From: Pristiophorus japonicus
Taxonomy: Eukaryota
Assembly (NCBI RefSeq): GCF_044704955.1
Contig: NC_091995.1
Coordinates: 4,278,001 to 4,342,000, forward strand
Length of the DNA stretch: 64,000 nucleotides
Direction: 5' to 3'
The position numbers were made by a program, and so were the translations under genes. Below the pieces are notes generated by a model. It did not search any database, was not told the origin of the DNA, and saw only the letters and a list, made by a program, of their open reading frames with translations. This document shows, one piece after another, positions 51,280 through 63,352 of this stretch; positions within the stretch are counted from its first letter, which is position 1, and every line of letters begins with the position of its first letter.

Positions 51280-51555
51280 TGGTTCAGCCTCAGACAGATG
51301 CCAGGGAGAGGGATGGAGTCGGTGGCCGGGGAACACAATTTGTGGCAGGTACCAAAGACAATGGCTTCGGTGTTCCCAATATTTAATTGAAGAAAATTTC
51401 TGCTCATCCAGTACTGAATGTCAGACAAGCAATCTTGACAATTTAGAGACCATGGAGGAGGTCGAGAGAAGTGGTAGTGAGATAGAGCTGGGTGTCATCA
51501 ACATACATGTGGAAACTGACACCGTGTTTTCAGATGATGTCGCCAAGGGGCAGCA
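51280..51555 (-). mobile_element. L2 LINE RT fragment
   Basis: Homologous to 59030-59300 (DDTQLY region). Confidence 0.7.
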
Positions 51556-51669
51556 TTTAATAACTAAATTTGGCAGTCGAGTTGTTGCACTGATTTATCT
51601 CAAACACCACCATGTAATGCCACCTTCCGCCTGTGGAGCAACATTACAAGCAGGAAGCTCACTGGGTTC

Positions 51670-52551
51670 ATAAGAACCATAAGAAATAGGAGCAGGAGTA
51701 AGCCATACGGCCCCTCGAGCCTGCTCCGCCATTTAATACAATCATGGCTGATCCGATCATGGACTCAGGTCCACTTTCCTGCCCACTCCCCATAACCCCT
51801 TGATCCCTTATCAGTTAAGAAATTGTCTATCTCTGTCTTAAATTTATTCAATGTCCCGGCTTCCACAGCTCTCTGAGGCAGCGAATTCCACAGATTTACA
51901 ACCCTCAGCGAAGAAATTCCTCATCTCACTTTTAAATGGGCAGCTCCTTATTCTAAGATTGTGCCCCCTCGTTTTAGTCTACCAGTGGAAACATCCTCTC
52001 TGCATTCACCTTGTCAAGCCCCTTCATAATCTTGTAAGTTTCAATAAGATCACCTCTCATTCTTCTGAATTCCAATGAGTAGAGGCCCAACCTTTCCTCA
52101 TAAGTCAACCCCCTCATCTCCAGAATGAACCCAGTGAACCTTCTCTGAACTGCCTCCAAAGCAAGTATATCCTTTCTTAAATATGGAACCAAAACTGTAC
52201 ACAGTATTCCAGGTGTGGCCTCACCAATACCCTGTACAACTGTAGCAAAACTTCCCTGCTTTAATACTCCATCCCCTTTGTAATAAAGGCTAAGATTCCA
52301 TTGGCCTTCCTGATCACTTGCTGTACCTGCATACTAACCTTTTGTGTTTTATGCACAAGTACCGCCAGGTCACGCTGTACTGCAGCACTTTGCAATCTTT
52401 CTCCATTTAAATAATAACTTGCTCTTTGATTTTTTTTCTGCCAAAGTGCATGACCTCATACTTTCCAACATTATACTCCATCTGCCAAATGTTTGCCCAC
52501 TCACTTAGCCTGTCTATGTCCTTTTGCAGATTTTGTGTGTCCTCACACATT
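51670..52551 (-). mobile_element. CR1 3' portion
   Basis: LQKDIDRLSEWA..YNVGK; [10 protein letters not shown]. Confidence 0.9.
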
Positions 52552-52885
52552 GACGATGGGAGAAAAAGCAGACAAACCACGCCAGACGCGCGCGGATGAA
52601 AATTGTCAGAAATTTTTATTTTTTTGAGGCGTGGAACACGTTGGGCGAGTCCCGTTGCACATTCAACAATCACACTCACTCTCTTTTTCCGCATCATACA
52701 GCGTCCCGTGGAGCAGAGTGCGGAGCAAACTGGAGAAGAGTGAGCTCGGATAAACAGACAGCCACTTCTGCCCGGAGTTCAAGACACTTAAAAAGAAAGC
52801 AAAAAACAAAAACCACCGTGACTGCTCTCAGAGGCGATTTAACTCCTTAAGACCCGGAGCGTGAAGGATTAAGCCATGGCCCCCG

Positions 52886-52891
52886 TTTAAT
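52886..52891 (-). terminator. Candidate polyadenylation signal ATTAAA for PFDN6
   Basis: About 180 nt downstream of the stop codon on the minus strand. Confidence 0.5.
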
Positions 52892-53068
52892 ACCTTTTCC
52901 ACAGGGCCTCTCCTCCACAAACCTGCCCACCAAGTCTCCTCAAAACCAGGAGTGAGTCATTGATCATTGAAAGGTTACAAATCCTGGTGTGGACATGGGG
53001 TAAGGGGGGGGGGGGGGGGGTGCAGGGGACAGCGGGGATTGGATAGGAGAGTGGGGGAGTGGGGGGGA

Positions 53069-56000
53069 TCACACTTTGATGGGGACCTTCCCCTGGGCTT
53101 TCTGGAAGTCCTGCTGCAGCTTGCCGAGCGTCTCCCTGTGCTGCTCCGATTTCTTCTCCAGCTCCTTCATCTGCCCTTCGTACCGCTTTCTGTAAACAGG
53201 GGAAAAGACTTGCATTTACATAGCGCCTTTCACAGCCACCGGACCCCACAAAGCACGTTACAGCCTGTGATATACTTTTCGGAGTGTAGCCGCTGTTGTA
53301 ATGTGCGAAACGCGGCAGCGAATTTGCAAACAGCAAGCTCCCACAAACAGCAATGTGATAATACCAGATAATCTGTTTTTGTTGTGCTGATTGAGGGATA
53401 AGTATTGTCCATAACTCTGTTCTTCTTCAATTGCCCCTCCGACAGTGCGGCGCTCCCTCAGTTTTGCCCCCACCGACAGTGCGGCGCTCCCTCAGTACTG
53501 CCCTTCCAACAGTGCGGCGCTCCCTCAGTACTGCCCGTCCGACAGCGCAGCGCTCCCTCAGTACCGCCCCTCCGACAGTGCGGCGCTTCCTCAGTCCTGC
53601 CCCTCCGACAATGCAGCGCTCCCTCAGTACTGCCCCTCCGACAATGCAGCGCTCCCTCAGTACTGCCCCTCCGACAATGCAGCGCTCCCTCAGTACTGCT
53701 CTGGTTTATGGGCTCAAATCTCTGGAATAGAGCTTGAACCCACAACCTTGAGTCAGAGGCGAGAGTGTGCTATCCAGGGAGCCATGCAAGATAAGGAATG
53801 GCACAGGGGTCAGGGATGGTGTGGGAAACATAGGAGAGAGTAAAAGATAAGTGAAAGGACAGGTGTGTTGAAAATTCAGCAGATGAACCTTTAGCCAAAA
53901 TTGAAAGTGTAAAATGAATTGTAGGCATGTCAGATTGCAGGTATCACGCTGAATAAGATCACCTGGAATCACCAAGAGCAGTGCTTACTTTGTTTTTAAG
54001 GCAGCCCTACTGCTATATAATTAAAACGTTACCGTCATATGGTATAGGATGTTGGACTGAATCGGTGGTCACAACAACATAAGAAATAGAAGCAGGAGTT
54101 GGCCATTTGATCCCTCAACCCTGCTCCATCATTTAATATCGTGGCTGATCTGATCTTGGCCTCAACTCCACTTCGCTGCCCGCTCCCCATAACCCTTGAC
54201 TCCCTTATCGCTCAAAGATTTGTCCATCTCCACCTTAAATATAGTCAATGACCCAGCCTCCACAGCTCTCTGGGGTAGCGAATTACACAGAATCACGACC
54301 CTCAGAAGAAATTCCTCAAGAAATGAGCGACGCCTTATTCCGAAATAACGCCCCCTAGTTTTAGATTCCCCCACGAGGGGAAATATCCTCTCTGCATCTA
54401 CCCTGTCATGCCCCCTCAGAATCTTATATGTTTCGATAAGATCACCTCTCATTCTTCTAAACTCCGAGTATAGGCCCAACCTGGTCAACCTTTCTTCATA
54501 AGCCAGCCCCTTCATTTCAAGAATCAATCTTCTGAATTTTCTCTGAACAGCCTCCAGTGCAAGTATATCCCTCCTTAAATAAGGCGACCAAAATGTAAGC
54601 AGTACTCTAGATATGGCCTCACCAATACCCTGTACAGTTGAAGCAGGATTTTTCTGCTTTTATACTCTATCCCCCTTGTATGAAGGCCAACATTCCATTT
54701 GCCTTCCTGATCACTTGCTGTAGCTGCATACTAACCTTTTGTGTTTCATGCACAAGGACCCCCAGGTCCCTCTGTACCGCAGCATTTTATAATCTCTCCC
54801 CTTTTAAATAATAATTTGCTTTTTTATTTTTCCTACCAAAGTGGATAACCTCACACTTTTCCACATTATACTCCATCTGCCAAATTTTTGCCCACTCACT
54901 TAGCCTGCCTATATCCTTTTGCAGATTTTGTATGTCCGCCTCACACATTGCTTTCCCACCTATCTCTGTATCAGCAAATCTGGCTACAGTACACTCGGTC
55001 CCTTCATCCAAGTCATTAATATAGATTGTAAGTAGTTGCAGCCCCAGCACCAATCCCTGTGGCACCCCACTAGTTAGTGATTGCCAACCGGTAAATGAGC
55101 CGTTTATCAGTGCAGTAGAGGCGAGGTGACTAACATTTCTCCGTTGATGTACTCCAAGCGTTTAGCGACTGTGGACTTCGCTTCCTCCAGGTCCTGCTTG
55201 ACCAGAACGGGACCGATCAGCTTGAAAACGGTGTTCTCTGCATCCAAGAGGTCCAACTCCTAAGGCAGAGAGAAAATAAGCAGGGATAATAAACAGGAAG
55301 CCGACACACTGTCCCCTTCCCCTCCTCCCCTCCATCAGCAGATTCAAACCTAACCCCGAGCCAGAGTTACCAACGAGCAGATTGAGTTGGTGCGACAGTG
55401 TGTCACACTTACAACGGCAATCTCCCCCACCACAAACTGCGTTCGCTGGCCACCGACTCTATCCCTTCTCCCCAACTTCTGACTGAGGCTGAACCACACT
55501 GTTCGCAATCTAGGTGTCGTATTTGAGCTTCCGGCCACATATCCGCAGCAATTAAAAAAAAACGCCTGTTTCCACCTCTAACATCGTCCACCTCTACCCC
55601 CTGCCTCAGCTCAGCCACCGCTCAATCCCTCATCCATGCCTTTGTTACCTCTAGACTTGTCTATTCCAACGCACTCCTGGCTGGACTCTCACATTCTACC
55701 CTCTGTAAACCAGAGGTGAGCCAAAACTCTGCTGCCCCGTGTCCTATCTGGCACTAAGTCCCGCTCACCTATCACCCCACTGTGCTCGCTGACCTACATT
55801 GACTTCCTAAGAAACGCCTCGATTTCAAAATTATCATGCTGGTTTTCAAATCCCTCCATGGTCCTCGCCCCTCCCTATCTCTATAATCTCCTCCAGCCCC
55901 ACAACCCAACCTCCCGCATCCCCGCCCCGCGATCTCTGCGCACCTCTAATTCTGCCCTCCTGAACATCCCTGATTATAATCGCTCAACCATCGGTGGCCG

Positions 56001-59000
56001 TGTCTTCAGCTGCCTGGGCCCCAAGCTCTGGAACTCCGTGCATAAACCCCTCTACCTCCTTAAAACTTACGTCTTTGACCACGGTTTTGGTCACGTGCCC
56101 TGATTTCTACTTACGCGGCTCGGTGTCAAAACTTTAATCGCATAATCCTCCTGTGAAGCGCCTTGGGATGTTTCACTGCGTTAGAGGCGCTATATAAATA
56201 CAAGCTGCTGTTGTAACCTTTTAAAAATCTCAGTGTGCGGGCTGTCACTGACAAGGCCGGCAATTATCGCCCAACTGAGTGGCTCACTGGGCCACCTCAG
56301 AGAGCAGTTAAGAGTCAACCACATTGCTGTGGGTCTGGAGTCACATATAGGCCAGACCGGGTAAGGACGGCAGATTTCCTTCCCTGAAAGACAGCAGTGA
56401 ACCAGTTGGGTTTTTAGCAATGTGTATTTACATAGCGCATTAAACGTAGAAAAATGCCCCAAGGCGCTCAAGAAGAATGTTCTCAATCAAAACTATTTTG
56501 ACACCGAGCAACAGAAGGAGATATCAGGACAGGTGACCAAAAGCTGGTCAAAGAGGGAGGTTTTTAAAGGAGGAGAAAGGCGCGGAGAGGTTTACGGAGG
56601 GAATTCCAGAGTTTGGGGCCCAGGCTGCTGAAAGCACAGCTACCCTTTACAACAATGCAACAGCTTCATGGTCACTTTTACTGTCAGCAGCTGCTTTGAG
56701 ACCAGGGTTCTGACTGCAGGAAGTTGGAGGCCGAGAATTGGAGGCTCAGTAAATGATATTGCCGTAAACCCAGGGATGACAACACCATTCCTGCACACAG
56801 ACAAGCCTGAAGAGAGCACTCACTATTGAACAACTTGTATTTATATAGCGCCTTTAACGTAGTAAAACGTTCCAAGGCGTTTCACAACAATGGTATAAGA
56901 CAAAACAGATAAACTTGATAACGAGCCACACAAGAAATTAGGGCAGGTGACCAAAAGCTTGGTCAAAGAGGTAACATACAAACATAGAAAATAGCAGTAG
57001 TAGGCCATTCAGCCCTTCGAGTCTACACCACCATTCAATACGATCACGGCTGATCCTCTATCTCAACACCATATTCCCGCTTTTTCCCCATACCCATTGA
57101 TGCCTTTTGTTTCTAGAAATCTATCTATCTCCCTCTTAAATATGTTCAGTGTCTTGGCCTCCACAGCCTTCTGTGGTAGAGAATTCCACAGGTTCACCAC
57201 CCTCTGAGTGAAAACATTTCTTCTCATCTCGGTCCTAAATTTTCCACACCGTATCCTGAGACTGTGACCCCTTGTTCTAGACTTCCCAGCCCGGGGAAAA
57301 CATCCTCCCCGCATCCAGTCTATCCAAGCTAGTCAGAATTTTATACGTTTCAATGAGATCCCCTCTCATTCTTCTAAACTCTAGTGAATACAGGCCTAGT
57401 CGACCCAATCTCTCCTCATAAGACAGTCCTGCCATTCCAGGAATCAGTCTGGTGAACCTTCGCTGCACTCCCTCTATGGCAAGTATATCCTTTCTTAGAT
57501 AAGGAGACCAAAACTGCACACAATACTCCAGGTGCGGTCTCACCAAGGCCCAGTATAGCTGTAGTAAGACATCCCTTGCTCCTGTACTCAAATCCTCTTG
57601 CAATGAAGGCCAACATACCATTTGCCTTCCTAATTGCTTGCTTTCAATGACTGGTGTACAAGGACACCCAGGTCCCTCTGTACATCGACACTTCCCAAGC
57701 CATCACCATTTAAATAATACTTTGTCCTCATGTTTTTCCTACCAAAGTGGATAACTTCACATTTATCCACGTTATACTGCATCTGCCTAGAGTTTGCCCA
57801 CATTTTCATCATCATAGGCAGTCCCTCGGAATCGAGGAAGACTTGCTTCCACTCTTAAAATGAGTCGTTAGGTGGCTGAACAGTCCAATACAAGAACCAC
57901 AGTCCCTGTCACAGGTGGGACAGATAGTCGTTGAGGGAAAAGGTGGGTGGGACAGGTTTGCCGCACGCTCTTTCCGCTGCCTGTGCTTGATTTCTGCATG
58001 CTCTCGGCGATGAGACTTGAGGTGCTCAGCGCCCTCCCGGATGCACTTCCTCCACTTAGGGCGATCTTTGGCCAGGGACTCCCAGGTGTCAGTGAGGATG
58101 TTGCACTTTATCAGGGAGGCTGAGGGTGCCCTTGTAACATTTCCTCTGCCCAGCTTTGGCACGTTTGCTGGGAAGGAGTTCGGAGTAGAGCGCTTGCTTT
58201 GGGAGTCTCGTGTCTGGCATGCAAACAATGTAGCCTGCCCAGCGGAGCTGATCAAGTGCGGTCAGTGCTTCAATGCTGGGGATGTTGGCTTGGTTGAGGA
58301 CGCTAACGTTGGTGCGTCTGTCCTCCCAGGGGATTTATAGGATATTGCAGAGACATTGTTGGTGGTATTTTTCCAGCAACTTGAGATGTCTACTGGAAAT
58401 GGTCCATGTCTCTGAGCCATACAGGAGGGTGTGTATTGCGACAGCCCTGCAGACCATGAACTTGGTGGGGAGCGTCTTGAAGGAGGAAAGAGAGGTAGAG
58501 AGGTGGAGAGGTTTAGGCAGGGAGTTCCAGAGCTTGGGGCCCAGGCAGCTGAAGGCATGGCCACCGATGGTCGAGCAGTTAGAATCAGGAATGCTCAGGA
58601 GGACAGAATTAGAGGAGCGCAGACTTCTCGTGGGGATGGAGGAGATTAGAGATAGGCAGGGGCGAGGCCATGGAGGGATTTGTAAACAAGGATAAGAATT
58701 TTGAAATCGAGGCGTTGATTAACCGGGAGCCAATGTAGGTCTGCAAGCACAGAGGTGATGGGTGAGCGGGACTTGGTGCGAGCTAGGACACGGGCTGCCG
58801 AGTTTTGGACCATCTCTGGTTTACGTAGGGTAGAATGAGAGTCCAGCCAGGAGTGCGTTGGAATAGTCAAGTCCAGAGGTAACAAAGGTGTGGATGAGAG
58901 TTTCAGCAGCTGAGCTGAGGCAGGGGCGGAGGCGGACAATGTTACGGAGGTGGAAACAGACTGTTTTAGTGATGCCGTGGATATGTGGCCAGAAGCTCAT

Positions 59001-62000
59001 TTGAGGGTCAGATATGACACCAATGTTGCGAGCAGTCTGGTTCAGCCTCAGACAGAGGTTGGGGAGAGGGATGGAGTCAGTGGCTAGGGAACGCAGTTTG
59101 TGGCGGGGACTGAAAACAATGGCTTTGGTCTGCCCAATATTTAATTGGAGAATATTTCTGCTCATCCAGTACAAGGAGTCTGATAATTCAGAGACCGCGG
59201 AGGGGTGGAGAGAAGTGGCGGTGAGGTAGAGCTGGGTGTCGTCAGCGTAGATGTGGAAACTGACACCGTGTTTTCGAATGATGTCACCAAGGAGCAACAT
59301 GTGGATGAGAAACAGGAGGGGGCCAAGGATAGATCCGTGGGGGGACACCAGAGGTAACAATGCAGGGGTGGGAAGAGAAGCCATTGCAGGAGATTTTCTG
59401 GCTATGATTATATAGATAAGAATGGAACCAAATAATTTCACCCAATATTGAAACAAAAATAGTAAACAGAATGGGACTAACTGAAACAATTCAAACGATT
59501 CCCCCCAGATGGTCCGGACTGAATCATGAGTCTAAAATTTGTCCAACAGCCAGTATTCAACTCGTGCTCCTCCCCAGTGCCCCGATCGGGTTACTAAGTG
59601 GAGGCTCGCAGGGTAGGTGGGAAGAGAGAAGTGTAACAACCCTTTGTTTACCAGTTATCGTGGATACGGGGAATAAATGGCGGGTTATACAACGGTGTCC
59701 TCAGGATCAAACATCACCCCCCATCACCCCCTTTTACAGGAGGGAGTGTGAGGGTGTGCGGCAGCAAGCGACCAGAGAAAGTCATTAACAGAATGAGTGT
59801 GTACAGTATACAAAATACACTGCAGCAACTCGCCACGCATTCTTCAGTACCTCCCAAACCCGCAGCCTCTACCACCTAGAAGGACAAGGGCAGCAGGCGC
59901 ATGGGAACACCATCACCTCCACGTTCCCCTCCAAGTTACATATGATCCTGACTTGGAAATATATCGGCCGTTCCTTCATCGTCACCGGGTCACAATCCTG
60001 GAACTCCCTCCCTAACAGCACTGTGGGAGCACCTTCACCACACGGACTGCAGCAGTTCAAGGTGGCGGCTCACCACCTTCTCAAGGGCAATTAGGGATGG
60101 GCAATAAATGCTGGCCTTGCCAGTGATGCCCACATCCCAGATACAAAAATACAATTGGGAACCCAAATGTGGCATGTTGCATTTTTCAGGAGTAGTAACC
60201 GAGTCTGATGTTGGACTTGTGATCTTCAGAATCATTTGTGGTGTGCATGTGAAGTTGAATCTGTTTGTGGATTGGTTGTAAAGTGATGAGATGAAAAGCA
60301 GAGTGTTTCATAGAACCATAGAAATTTACATCACGGAAGGAGGCCATTTTGGCCCATCCTGTCCGTGCCTAATCCCACTTTCCAGCTCTCAATCTGTAGC
60401 CCTATAGGTTACGGCACTTCAAGTGCACATCCAAGTACTTTTTAAATGTGGTGAGGGTTTCTGCCTCTACCACCCTTTCAGAGAGTGAGTTCCAGACCCC
60501 CACCACCCTTTGGGTGAAGACATCTCCCCTCAATTTTTAAATCTATACCCCCTGGTTGTTGACCCCTCTGCCAAGGGAAACAGGTCCTTCCTATCCACTC
60601 TATCCAGGCCCCTCATAATTTTATACACCTCAATCAGGTCTCCCCTCAGCCTCCTCTGTTCCAAGAAAACAACCTCAGCCGATCCAATCTTTCCTCAGCA
60701 TAAATTCTCCAGTCCTGGCAACATTCTCACAACTCTACTCTGGTTGTGAGTGTTCCACTGCCATGGTCAGAAGATGGTGGCAGGCGTTTCAGTAAATATC
60801 CACACCAAGTATTGCCCCATATGGTGTCGGCATGTGGAAGGTGTTGTCCAATAAAATGGGTCCGTAAGCCAGCCATTCCCATTGGACAGCTCGCATTGAA
60901 CACAACTGTCGTGCAAACGGAAAAGGCGGGGGGAGGGACCACAGACAGACCCAGCACTGGCTCCTCACCTCTTTAACTATCGTATTCTCTGTCACCTGGG
61001 CCTCCAGCTTCTGCCTTGCGGAAAGGCATTTACTGAGATCTGGAAGGGGAAGGAAGAAAGAGTTAAATACACACCCACACACCCGACCCCACACACTGCC
61101 GCCAGCACAGAATCATAGAATGGTTACAGTACAAGAGGCCATTCGGCCTGTCGAGCTCGTGCCAGCTCTCTGCAAGAGCACTTCAGCCAGGCCCACTCCC
61201 CCGCCCTTTCCCCGTACTCTGCAAATTCTTTTCCTTCAGGTACTTATCCAATTCCCCCTTGAAAGCCACGATTGAGTCTGCCTCCACCTTTCAGGCCGTG
61301 CATTCCGGATTATAACCACTCGCTGCGTAACATTTTTTTTCCTCGTGTCGCCTTTGGTTCTTCTGCCAATTACTTTAAATCTGTGTCCTCTGGTTCTCGA
61401 CCCTTCCACCAATGGGAACAGTTTCTCTCCATCTACTCTGTCCAGACCCCTCATAATTTTGAGCACACCTATCAAATCTTTTCTCAGCATTCTCTGCTCT
61501 AAGGAGAACAACCCCAGCTTCTCCAGTCTATTGATGTAACTGAAGTCCCTCACCCCTGGAACCATTCTCGTCAATCTTTTCAGCACCCTCTCCAAGGCCT
61601 TCACATCCTCCCTAAAGTGTGGTGCCCAGAATTGAACACAACACTCCAGTTAAGTCCAAGCTAGTATTTTTTGAAGGTTTATTATAACTTCCTTGCTTTT
61701 GTTCTCTATGCCTCTATTTATGAAGCGCAGGACCCTGTCTTTGGTTGACACGTTAAACCGAGCCCTGTCTGCTCTCAGGTGGACGCAAAATATCCCATGG
61801 CACTATTTCAAAGAAGAGCAGGGGAATTATCTCCGGTGTCCTGGGACCAATATTTATCCCTCAATCAACATAAGAAAAAAACAGATATCTGGGTCATTAC
61901 CACATTGCTGTTTGTGGGAGCTTGCTGTGCACAAATTGGCTGCCGTGTTCCCCACATTACAGTAGTTACTACACTCCAAAAGTATTCATTGCCTGTAAAG

Positions 62001-62819
62001 CGCTTTGAGACGCTCGATGGTCATGGAAGGTGGTGTAGAAATCAAAGTCTTTCTTTTTGATGCTTTTTTTAACCACTTTCTCACCCTACCCTGCCACGTA
62101 CAATGATTTGGGTACATATTCACCCAGGTCTCTCTGTTCCTGCACCCCCTTTAGAATTGTACACCAGTTTTTATTGCCTCTCCTCGTTCTTGCTTCCAAA
62201 GTGTCTCACTTCGCACTTTTTGGTGTTTGCTTAAAAGATAAAAAGATGTAGGAGAATCTGTCTGCCCACCCGCCCCACAGACACCGCCCCCCGTCTCATC
62301 CTGGGGCCCTCCCTCGACACGGAGATACCTGGCATAGCCCCACCACCAGACCGTCTCTCCCCTTCCCCCCCCTCCACACACACACTGGGCCCGGTTCCCC
62401 GGAGCCGCTGCCCCCCACATTCGGCCCTCTCCCCCCGGGCCTGGATCCTCTCCCTCCCCCACCACCCGGCTCACCGCCCCACAAACAGCACCAACACCGC
62501 CACCCATCTCACCCTGGGGCCCCAACACACCGTCCACCAACACGGAGAGCACCAGCACCGTCCCTCTCTCCCTCTCCACACCCGGCCTTCTCTCTCCCAC
62601 ACTCACTGGGCCCGGATCCCCAGACCCTCGCGCCCTCTCCTCTCCCCGGGGTCCCGGCTCACTCCCTCACTCCCCCAACACACTTCCCGCCCAGACCCTC
62701 TCTCCCCCTCAAAGCAGAAGCCGCGGAACGCCCCCCGCTTTGCCCGCGGACCCGCCTTTCTGCAGCGCCTGGTATTTCTCCAGCTCCGCCTGAAGCTTCC
62801 GCTGCACCGTCTCCGCCAT
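53069..62819 (-). CDS. PFDN6: Prefoldin subunit 6 (KE2), 126 aa; exons 62756-62819, 60969-61039, 55135-55259, 53069-53189
   Basis: Spliced 64+71+125+121 = 381 nt reads [126 protein letters not shown]. Phases are consistent; the first donor is GC. Confidence 0.95.
53204..53430 (-). mobile_element. Deu-domain-type SINE 3' part abutting the PFDN6 last acceptor
   Basis: Shared core and GGCGCTATGTAAATGCAAGTCTTT end. Confidence 0.7.
53432..53700. repeat. 33-bp minisatellite (CAGTACTGCCCCTCCGACAGTGCGGCGCTCCCT)n, about 8 copies
   Basis: Visible directly; explains the repetitive ORFs at 53405-53843. Confidence 0.92.
54075..55110 (-). mobile_element. CR1 RT/3' fragment in PFDN6 intron 3
   Basis: PQGLVLG..INDLDEG..FAD; [10 protein letters not shown]. 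Confidence 0.9.
55420..56215 (+). mobile_element. L2 LINE 3' portion
   Basis: [25 protein letters not shown]; 3' end GGCGCTATATAAATACAAG. Confidence 0.8.
56245..56420 (-). mobile_element. SINE-like short derivative of the 20675-23850 LINE (5' head region fused to LINE 3' tail)
   Basis: 56272-56415 matches 23523-23665 and is joined directly to a GGGCGATAATTGCCGGCCTTGTCAG tail. Confidence 0.65.
56980..57803 (-). mobile_element. CR1 3' portion
   Basis: [15 protein letters not shown]; TRGHSLRI. Confidence 0.9.
57805..58465 (-). mobile_element. RTE-clade LINE 3' fragment
   Basis: [29 protein letters not shown]; (ATG)n tail. Confidence 0.85.
58470..59430 (-). mobile_element. L2 LINE RT fragment
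   Basis: [36 protein letters not shown]. Confidence 0.88.
59797..60140 (+). mobile_element. 3' end of the second LINE family
   Basis: [10 protein letters not shown]; GGGCAATAAATGCTGGCCTTGCCAG tail. Confidence 0.8.
60310..60725 (-). mobile_element. CR1 3' fragment
   Basis: CATAGAA tail; CR1 3' RT/UTR homology. Confidence 0.75.
61110..62225 (-). mobile_element. Old CR1 fragment interrupted by a Deu-type SINE (about 61745-62056, + strand)
   Basis: ORF 61236-61604 [17 protein letters not shown]; SINE core TTGCTGTTTGTGGGAGCTTGCTGTGC. Confidence 0.8.
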
Positions 62820-62834
62820 CTTCTCTCCCGTCAC

Positions 62835-63060
62835 CTGAGCAACGGGCCTGACCCCTGACCCCCGTTGCCCCAGCGTCACAGCACGGCCGGCCGCACGTGA
62901 CTCTCCCCGGTCCCGCCCCCTGCTGCACGTCAGCGAGCCCAGGGATAGGGCCATGTGACCCTGCCACCCTCCTGGCCTGACGTCACAGAGCCCGGGACAG
63001 GGCCACGTGACCCCGGCCAAGCGCCACATGACGTCGCAGCTCCACCACATGACATCGGAA
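62835..63060 (-). promoter_or_regulatory. CpG-island promoter/5' region of PFDN6 with clustered E-box and CRE motifs
   Basis: CACGTGAC at 62894 and 63004, CATGTGAC at 62952, TGACGTCA at 62978, CACATGAC at 63025 and 63046, GC box at about 62912. Confidence 0.65.
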
Positions 63061-63352
63061 TTTCCCCAAACCCACCTGAACCCCCAACCCACCTGAAACC
63101 CCCCCTCCCTCAAGCCCGCCTGAATCCCCCGGACCCATCTGAACCCCCCTAGACTATACCTCAATCCCCCGGACCCCCCCTGAACTCCCCAGACCCCACC
63201 GAACACCCCCAACCTCCTCTCCCGGAACCCCCTGGACCCAAAATCTCCTGAATCCCCCAGCGTCCCCTGAACCCACCAGACCCCCAACCACCCTGAAGCC
63301 ACCGAACCCCCCCAGACCCACCTGAACCGCCCGGACGCATCTGAACCCCCAC

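Noticed and set aside
53405-53843. Repetitive ORFs ([11 protein letters not shown])n and ([11 protein letters not shown])n
   Set aside because: Translations of a 33-bp minisatellite in a PFDN6 intron.
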